A stretch of DNA of 64,000 nt from Spirochaetaceae bacterium (lineage in GTDB: Bacteria > Spirochaetota > Spirochaetia > B11-G9), in NCBI GenBank assembly GCA_015493635.1, contig WGCU01000053.1:813-64812 (forward strand), given 5' to 3'. Below the pieces are notes generated by a model, which was not told where the DNA came from, made no database searches, and worked only from the letters and a program-made list of their open reading frames with translations. Below, piece after piece: positions 58,310 to 64,000 of the stretch (positions within the stretch are counted from its first letter, which is position 1; each line of letters opens with the position of its first letter). Both the position numbers and the translations under genes were made by a program.

Positions 58310-59351
58310 GTTTCTCAAAAATACTGTTAAACTGGTTCTCCATGGTGAGGAAAGCAGCTACAAGAGCAGGATCAAAGTGAGATCCAGAGTCTTTTTTTAT
58401 AATGGAGACACTTTCTTCGTGTGTGAAGGGTTCCTTGTAGCTTCTTTTCATTCTGAGTGCATCATAAACATCAGCAATGGCAACAATTCGGGGAGCGAGC
58501 GGAATTGTTTCATGGTCTATTCCATAGGGATATCCGGAACCGTCCCATTTTTCATGATGGAAAATGGCGATATCTTTAGCCATTGGATTTGGATATGCCT
58601 GGAGAATATACGCACCGTTTTTTGTGTGTTCTTTCATGATAACCCATTCTTTTTCATCAAGAGGTCCTGCTTTATTCAAAATGTCATCCGGTGTACCGAT
58701 TTTTCCAACATCATGCATCGGGGCAAGGAAAAGAATATTATCAACAAATTCTCTGCTTACCTCAGGGTATTCAGGGTTTCCGAAAAGATGTTCGGCCAAT
58801 ACTTTGGAGTATTCTCCCACTCTTTTAATATGATTACCAGTATCGTTATCCTTGAGCTTTGAAGCTTCCAGAAGGCTTGTAAATGTTTTCTGCAGAAGAT
58901 TCTTTTGCTCCCGTGAAAGATCATCAAAAAAAGCTGTGTAGTATGACGGCGGAGTTTCCTTTTCTATGCCGGGCTGCTGAAAAAGGGGGAGAATAATGAC
59001 ATTAGCTATAACGGGTAACCGGTCCTTTTTCTTTGATTCCAGACGCCCCCTGTAGGAAAATCCTTTTTCCGGGCTGGTTAGAGATGTGTATATCTGCCTT
59101 AGTTTTACTGTATCTATGAAAGGGGCAAAATCTTCAACGAGATTCCAGGGGAGTTTTCTGTCTCCGGGAGAAAAAAGATCATGATAACTTCTATTCTCCC
59201 ATACAATATTTAATCTTGCATCCAGTATGACAACAGGTATTATACTGGTTTTAAACCCTGTCCGCAGTTCTTTGCGTGATGGCGGAGAACTGGTAACGGA
59301 CTTATCAGATGAATCGATGGGGAGAAGTTCTGCAGCATTATCATCTTTCAT
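58296..59351 (-). CDS. PAS-like domain plus HD-GYP c-di-GMP phosphodiesterase (RpfG-like)
   Basis: [35 protein letters not shown]; N-terminal PAS-like [12 protein letters not shown] segment. Confidence 0.9.
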   Translation of the reverse strand: MKDDNAAELLPIDSSDKSVTSSPPSRKELRTGFKTSIIPVVILDARLNIVWENRSYHDLFSPGDRKLPWNLVEDFAPFIDTVKLRQIYTSLTSPEKGFSYRGRLESKKKDRLPVIANVIILPLFQQPGIEKETPPSYYTAFFDDLSREQKNLLQKTFTSLLEASKLKDNDTGNHIKRVGEYSKVLAEHLFGNPEYPEVSREFVDNILFLAPMHDVGKIGTPDDILNKAGPLDEKEWVIMKEHTKNGAYILQAYPNPMAKDIAIFHHEKWDGSGYPYGIDHETIPLAPRIVAIADVYDALRMKRSYKEPFTHEESVSIIKKDSGSHFDPALVAAFLTMENQFNSIFEKLKDS

Positions 59352-60007
59352 CGCGTTATTCCTATTTCAGCTTCACTCTTTCGCAGATACAGTGGTCCCT
59401 GCCCGTCAGGAGCTGGGCCTGCCTGTTTGAAACGTTCTCTTCCTAACGGAAGGAGATAGCGGGCATATCCCTTTTTAAAATCAGGATCAAGGAGGTATTT
59501 CTCCTTTGAGACCTTGTTGAAAATATCAGCGTCTGCCCCTGTTATCAGTACGTTGGAATGTTCAGATAACAGAGATGAAAGAGAATCGTAAGAAATATCA
59601 AGAAAATCTGATATTCTCTCCCCTTTTTTGTATAGTGCGGTGTAAAATCTTTTTTTTCTGGCATCGATTACAGGGAGAATGATTCCTTCAAAATAATTCT
59701 TGCCGTAGGACATCATATCAAGGGTTGGAACGGTAACATAAGGTTTATTCAAGGCAAAAGAGATACCCTTTGCTGTTGACAGGCCGATACGCAGACCGGT
59801 GAACGATCCTGGACCTTCAGGACATACGATAAGATCAATGTCCTCCATATTGATCCGGGCAGTTTGTGTGATATATTTAATTTCAAGAGCAAGATTTTCA
59901 GAATGTTTAAATCCTTCTGCAATAAAATGTTCAAAGAGACCTTTCCCGGTTTCAAGAGCTATACTAAGCAGTTTAGAAGTTGTATCAAACGCAAGAACAT
60001 TTACCAT
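59348..60007 (-). CDS. tsaB: tRNA t6A biosynthesis protein TsaB
   Basis: LAFDTTS, HSE.L, GPGSFTGLRIG, IDARK, P.YLR. Confidence 0.95.
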   Translation of the reverse strand: MVNVLAFDTTSKLLSIALETGKGLFEHFIAEGFKHSENLALEIKYITQTARINMEDIDLIVCPEGPGSFTGLRIGLSTAKGISFALNKPYVTVPTLDMMSYGKNYFEGIILPVIDARKKRFYTALYKKGERISDFLDISYDSLSSLLSEHSNVLITGADADIFNKVSKEKYLLDPDFKKGYARYLLPLGRERFKQAGPAPDGQGPLYLRKSEAEIGITR

Positions 60008-60423
60008 CCTGACCCCTCAACTGTAATTGTTCTTTTCCTGTCGTCCTCTATTTTTATCGATATCATAATAGTCCTTTCCGGGAAAAAATCTTTAACTTTG
60101 TGAGCCCATTCTATAACTGAAATGCCATCACCGTCTATCATTTCCTCCGGGCCGATAAGTTCAAATTCCTCAATACTGTCAATACGGTACAAGTCCATGT
60201 GATATAGGGGAATTGTCCCATGGTATTCTGAAATAATGGTAAATGAAGGACTTGTTACTACTTCCAAGATACCTAATGCCCGGGCTATTCCCTTGACAAA
60301 GGTTGTCTTTCCCGCGCCGAGAGGACCATCCAGTGTTATTACCGATCCAGGTTTAAGCATTTGACCGATATATTCTCCGTATTTTTCTGTTTCTTCTGAA
60401 GAATGAGAAAGATAAGTTTTCAG
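60001..60423 (-). CDS. tsaE: tRNA t6A biosynthesis ATPase TsaE, probably starting at CTG 60423
   Basis: G.LGAGKT, VTSPSF, YHMDLYR, IEW. In-frame conserved N-terminus (S.EET..YG..IG..L) lies upstream of ATG 60360 and begins at CTG overlapping the upstream TGA. Confidence 0.93.
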   Translation of the reverse strand: MKTYLSHSSEETEKYGEYIGQMLKPGSVITLDGPLGAGKTTFVKGIARALGILEVVTSPSFTIISEYHGTIPLYHMDLYRIDSIEEFELIGPEEMIDGDGISVIEWAHKVKDFFPERTIMISIKIEDDRKRTITVEGSGW

Positions 60424-60686
60424 CGTATCTTCCTTACCTTGTCCAGAGAGAGAATATGATTTTTTATCAGTTCCACAAGGGGATCTACTGGATAATCAAC
60501 AGATGTTTTCAGAGATACTTCAACCGATTTATTGCCGAAAGCATTGGTTTCAAGAGAAAACTCTACTGGAATTTCAAGATTTTGCTGTGTGTTGGTATCT
60601 CTGAAAACAGCAAGAGCTGAAAAATCCTCCCGGTAGTGTAAAGGTACGTCGCGCTTTAAAATATTCTTTATCTCTATTAAATCCAT
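60420..60686 (-). CDS. Hypothetical 88-aa protein upstream of tsaE
   Basis: Clean ORF, operon-coupled to tsaE; no family recognised. Confidence 0.7.
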   Translation of the reverse strand: MDLIEIKNILKRDVPLHYREDFSALAVFRDTNTQQNLEIPVEFSLETNAFGNKSVEVSLKTSVDYPVDPLVELIKNHILSLDKVRKIR

Positions 60687-60746
60687 GATTCACTTTAAGG
60701 GAAAAAGTTAAAATCGTCAAGAAAATGAGAGTGATTCTTATAAAAA

Positions 60747-61859
60747 TTATGATGAAAAATCATAGATGAAATTGTTTATTTTATTTATGTTGTCCCGTGA
60801 AACTTTTGTAAACTGGATATGCATTATTCCTCCGATGGGTCTGAGTTTTACGGTGGATTTTACTTTACCGTAGGCGGTAACTTTCTGCCCGTGGAATGTC
60901 TCAAATTCAATTTTAATCAGTTCTCCGGCTCCGAGAGGGTAGGTGCTTTTTAAAGAGCAGCCTCCTGCTGATACTTCAAGAATTGTTGCAAGAGCACCGC
61001 TTTTTGTATCAACGATTGCTTTTCTCTGCGCGTTTTTACCCAAACCGCTCGTAATAATTCTAATGGTGTACATATATGCGGGTTTACCGAGTTGTTTTCG
61101 TCTAAAACGCCGCTGCTGCGCCTGATGTATACTTTTAGAATGCTGTAGGAAGAGGGATGGTACTCCACGCACATTATTATATCCAGCAACTTTCGAATCG
61201 AAGGAGTAGCCCTGACCGTTGCTTTTCCAGAAAAAAACAAGGACTTTAGTTCCTTTCCTCCATCGTATCTGGTTCCCGTGTTCATCAACAGGTATTTTTG
61301 TACCTAGATAATTGTTCAGGTTGGAAGTTACCATAGAAGGATACCGTGTTCTTCCCGGTGTTGATATATGAAGTTTTTGTCCCGGTTTAAGCTGTTTCGT
61401 ACCTGACATAATTTCTTTTTTTTCTGAATTAAGTTCTACTTTCTGTTTTATACGGTACAGGATAAGCTTCTGCCCTTCTTTTACTTCTTTTGAAGCAACA
61501 TCTTCTTCAATCCTGAGAATTGCTTTACGAAGGGTACTGTTGAGGGTGGCACTGTTTTTTAACAAATTGTATGGATATTTAATTTTAAATGTTTTAATAA
61601 GATACTCAAGAGTATTTATTTCCGGTTTTGAAAATCCAAGAGCAGCCGCCCTTTTTCTGAATGTTCTCTTGTTGTACGTTCCTCCAGAAGAATGGGGAGT
61701 CCTCCTTCTGCTGCTAGTACGGGAGGAAGAGGAAGTTGATGATTTGCCGCTGAGTATAATAAAAATGATAAACGCAAGAAATAATCCAAGACCTACATAA
61801 ATTGATGTAGGATTGCTCTTCTTAAGCGTTGGAATGGTTGTAATAATCAGATAGAACAA
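60747..61859 (-). CDS. Membrane-anchored PilZ-domain protein (YcgR-like c-di-GMP effector)
   Basis: N-terminal TM; QRRRFRR (RxxxR) and EVSAGG (DxSxxG variant) motifs; C-terminal beta-barrel pattern. Confidence 0.8.
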   Translation of the reverse strand: MFYLIITTIPTLKKSNPTSIYVGLGLFLAFIIFIILSGKSSTSSSSRTSSRRRTPHSSGGTYNKRTFRKRAAALGFSKPEINTLEYLIKTFKIKYPYNLLKNSATLNSTLRKAILRIEEDVASKEVKEGQKLILYRIKQKVELNSEKKEIMSGTKQLKPGQKLHISTPGRTRYPSMVTSNLNNYLGTKIPVDEHGNQIRWRKGTKVLVFFWKSNGQGYSFDSKVAGYNNVRGVPSLFLQHSKSIHQAQQRRFRRKQLGKPAYMYTIRIITSGLGKNAQRKAIVDTKSGALATILEVSAGGCSLKSTYPLGAGELIKIEFETFHGQKVTAYGKVKSTVKLRPIGGIMHIQFTKVSRDNINKINNFIYDFSS

Positions 61860-61862
61860 AAT

Positions 61863-62771
61863 CTACTCCTTACTATGTTCTATAACCGAGATATACTCAA
61901 GGAGGGTATCTATTTTAGGTACAATTTCGTATTCAAGGAGATCTCCTATAAGAACAGTATCGGAAGATTCAAAAGCATCGGCAAGTTCTTTTAAAATATC
62001 ATTGAAATCTTCGTAAAAAGAATTGAAAGCAATACCATCTACAGTGATGGAATTCAGATCAATGGCTTGTGTTTCCTTGATAATGGAGTAAAGGCGAATG
62101 ATATTTTCCGATAATTCAACAAAAGTGATAACAGAATTGAGCGCCTGTTTATCTTTCCCCGTTTGAAGAAGGACAGATACATTTGAGATCTCTGGAATAA
62201 GATCGGAAAGTGTCTGTGAAGAAGCCTGAAGCATACCCACAGGATCAGTAACTTCATTTATACGCTGTTGGAGGAGGAATGCGGTTTTTGTAAGAAACTC
62301 AACCAATTCTAAGTTCTCCGGTGACTCCTGTGCCTTGCGTATGCTTGATTTTTCTATCAGTTTTTCCAGCTTGCTGGAATATTCTCCTTTATGACCTCGT
62401 TTTGGGAAAAAATAATCCAGTGTTTCTCCTATAATTTTGGAGTCTATAATCAAGTCAGCAGCCAGGGGGAAATTTTGGGATTGAACTGCTTTACCCAACA
62501 TGGTTATGTACTGGTATACAATTTGGAGATCTTCTGTGTATTTTTCGAAATTTGTAAGAGCCACAATATCAAGCTTGGTAATCTCAGAAATATTTCTATT
62601 CCACCATGTTCCCGTTTGATCCATGGACAAGTTCTCGCCATCCTGAAAGATTTCCTTGATATTCATGTTTGACTCAGCAAGCCATTGTGTTATAGCTTCA
62701 ACAACTTCGCCCAGGTATTTTTCTTTTTCAAGTGTTGTATCAAGAACTGTATTATTTATCATAATTTCCAT
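61863..62771 (-). CDS. Hypothetical helical protein downstream of fliD
   Basis: 302-aa ORF with GGAG RBS; C-terminal D.VLIGDLLEYEI; no function recognised. Confidence 0.75.
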   Translation of the reverse strand: MEIMINNTVLDTTLEKEKYLGEVVEAITQWLAESNMNIKEIFQDGENLSMDQTGTWWNRNISEITKLDIVALTNFEKYTEDLQIVYQYITMLGKAVQSQNFPLAADLIIDSKIIGETLDYFFPKRGHKGEYSSKLEKLIEKSSIRKAQESPENLELVEFLTKTAFLLQQRINEVTDPVGMLQASSQTLSDLIPEISNVSVLLQTGKDKQALNSVITFVELSENIIRLYSIIKETQAIDLNSITVDGIAFNSFYEDFNDILKELADAFESSDTVLIGDLLEYEIVPKIDTLLEYISVIEHSKE

Positions 62772-62788
62772 GTGTCTTTCTCCGGTTA

Positions 62789-64000
62789 TTAATTAGATGA
62801 ATTCCTTTTGCTAAAATTATCTATTGATTTAGAGCTTTCCTGAAGATTCTGCAAGGCGCCTTCCATTTTACCATACTTAAGCTTTAGGTCCTGCTCTTTC
62901 CGGTCAAGATCGCTCTTCATGGTAAGGATACTGTTGTCCAGACGGGAGACTCTGCTGTTAATGCTTGAAATACGTGAAGCAATAACACCTCCGACTTTTG
63001 TGTAAACTGAAATATAAGTATTCATTGAATAGGCAACTCCAGAATCAATAATGAGATCATTATTAGTGTCTCTCCCAAAAAGTTCTTTCACTGCCGGAAT
63101 ATTGTTTTTCAGGGAATCATCCAGCTTATTTTCATTTATTTCAAGATAACCCCGGAGCTTGGTTCTGTCAATTCCTCCTCCGAATCCCGATGAATTCGTG
63201 GAAATCCCTATCTGGGCAAGGAGATCCAGTGCTTTCCCTTTTGAAGTGGGGTAGGGAGCCATTGCTATCTGCTGGAGTCTATTTTTCATTTGAATAAACA
63301 TGTAATCTCCCTGAAACATTCCAAGGTGTTTTTTTGCGGATTTTTTTTCATCATCAGACAGATAATTAATCTCATTAATAATACTCTCATCGTTGCTTGT
63401 GAGTATCTGAATGTTCTGCATTACCTGATTATAATTTCCTACGAAACTGATAATATCATTCTTTATAAGTTCTCTGTCAGGCTCTATACTAAGTGTCAAT
63501 TTTTTCGGACTTGTTGCGTGAAGGTCGAGTGTTACTCCGTCAAGAAGATCTTTTATGGTATTCCCCGGGCGGATAACGGTTATACCCTCCATTTCTATAA
63601 CAGCATTCCGGGCCTTACTTACCGGATTAAGGGGAGCATATCCTCCTCTGGCATTTGGGTCAGATGCTTTTATATTTGATATGGTAATTTCCCTGGAGGT
63701 ATTGTTGTTATGAATTGTCAATTTTTGAAGAGTGCTGCCAAGATCAGATGCCTTAATGGTAAAATGCTGAACCTGGTTTATATCTTTCAATACAGGAAGC
63801 GGTTTCCCGTCTACGGTAAGCACCTGTAATGTTTCGTGGAAAACTGGTTTTGGAGGGGGTGTCCATTTTGGGAGTATAACCTGGCTTCCTGCATCCTGAA
63901 TGGTAACTCCTTCAAAGGTAACCGATCCAGGTTTCGTAATAGATGGTCCAGGAGGAGGTGAGGGAGGAGTAAACTGTTTTTTATCAAGGTTTTTTATGGC
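62789..64000 (-). CDS. fliD: Flagellar filament cap protein, spirochaete long form (5' part outside window)
   Basis: FliD C-terminal features (A.NA.I..EGI...R..N, FV..YN, L.QIGI, L.INE.KL, Y.KMEGAL). Frame stays open from 63823 to 64000, including a Pro-rich segment, so the track start is not the true start. Confidence 0.93.
   Translation of the reverse strand, partial: AIKNLDKKQFTPPSPPPGPSITKPGSVTFEGVTIQDAGSQVILPKWTPPPKPVFHETLQVLTVDGKPLPVLKDINQVQHFTIKASDLGSTLQKLTIHNNNTSREITISNIKASDPNARGGYAPLNPVSKARNAVIEMEGITVIRPGNTIKDLLDGVTLDLHATSPKKLTLSIEPDRELIKNDIISFVGNYNQVMQNIQILTSNDESIINEINYLSDDEKKSAKKHLGMFQGDYMFIQMKNRLQQIAMAPYPTSKGKALDLLAQIGISTNSSGFGGGIDRTKLRGYLEINENKLDDSLKNNIPAVKELFGRDTNNDLIIDSGVAYSMNTYISVYTKVGGVIASRISSINSRVSRLDNSILTMKSDLDRKEQDLKLKYGKMEGALQNLQESSKSIDNFSKRNSSN

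Noticed and set aside
62789-63823. 344-aa stand-alone ORF as given by the track
   Set aside because: The frame is open to the window edge, so it is the C-terminal part of a longer FliD, not a separate or truncated gene.
1-64000. tRNA, rRNA, tmRNA, IS elements or prophage genes
   Set aside because: Intergenic gaps are short and accounted for; no cloverleaf, transposase, integrase or terminal inverted repeats were recognised by eye.

Overview
64-kb chromosomal window from a spirochaete (Spirochaetota, probably a free-living Spirochaetia/Spirochaetales). The assignment rests on the rpsB-tsf-frr-uppS-cdsA-dxr-rseP order without pyrH, a long FlgK, FliD with a Pro-rich insert, flgK-flgL-fliW-csrA, and extended bS18/bL9. 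Most of the window is core genome: translation, DNA replication, MEP isoprenoid pathway, peptidoglycan, SecA, glycogen, MrfAB-type repair, t6A genes and flagellar genes. The stand-out region is the first 6.7 kb, a minus-strand accessory module: FGGY/GlpK-like kinase, TRAP transporter (dctP-Q-M), PhnW-like class V aminotransferase and a GpdQ/CpdA-type metallophosphoesterase (truncated by the window edge and missing from the ORF track). Its two transcription units start at two promoters that are colinear over about 60 bp and share an unassigned composite operator (ATGATATC-N10-GTTGTTATGATA-N5-ATAACA, containing the palindrome TGTTAT-N9-ATAACA over the -10). The binding protein, kinase and aminotransferase each appear to have lost the family-typical substrate-anchoring Arg, which points to a cationic amino-alcohol substrate (serinol- or ethanolamine-like) and possibly an undescribed catabolic pathway. 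Other observations: an unannotated 29-aa bS22/mS38-type ribosomal protein, a probable CTG start for tsaE, candidate leaderless promoters, a beta-barrel plus lipoprotein gene pair, and a heptad-repeat protein built from 21-bp DNA repeats. No tRNA, rRNA, CRISPR array or transposase was seen. All assignments come from motif recognition; no database search was run.
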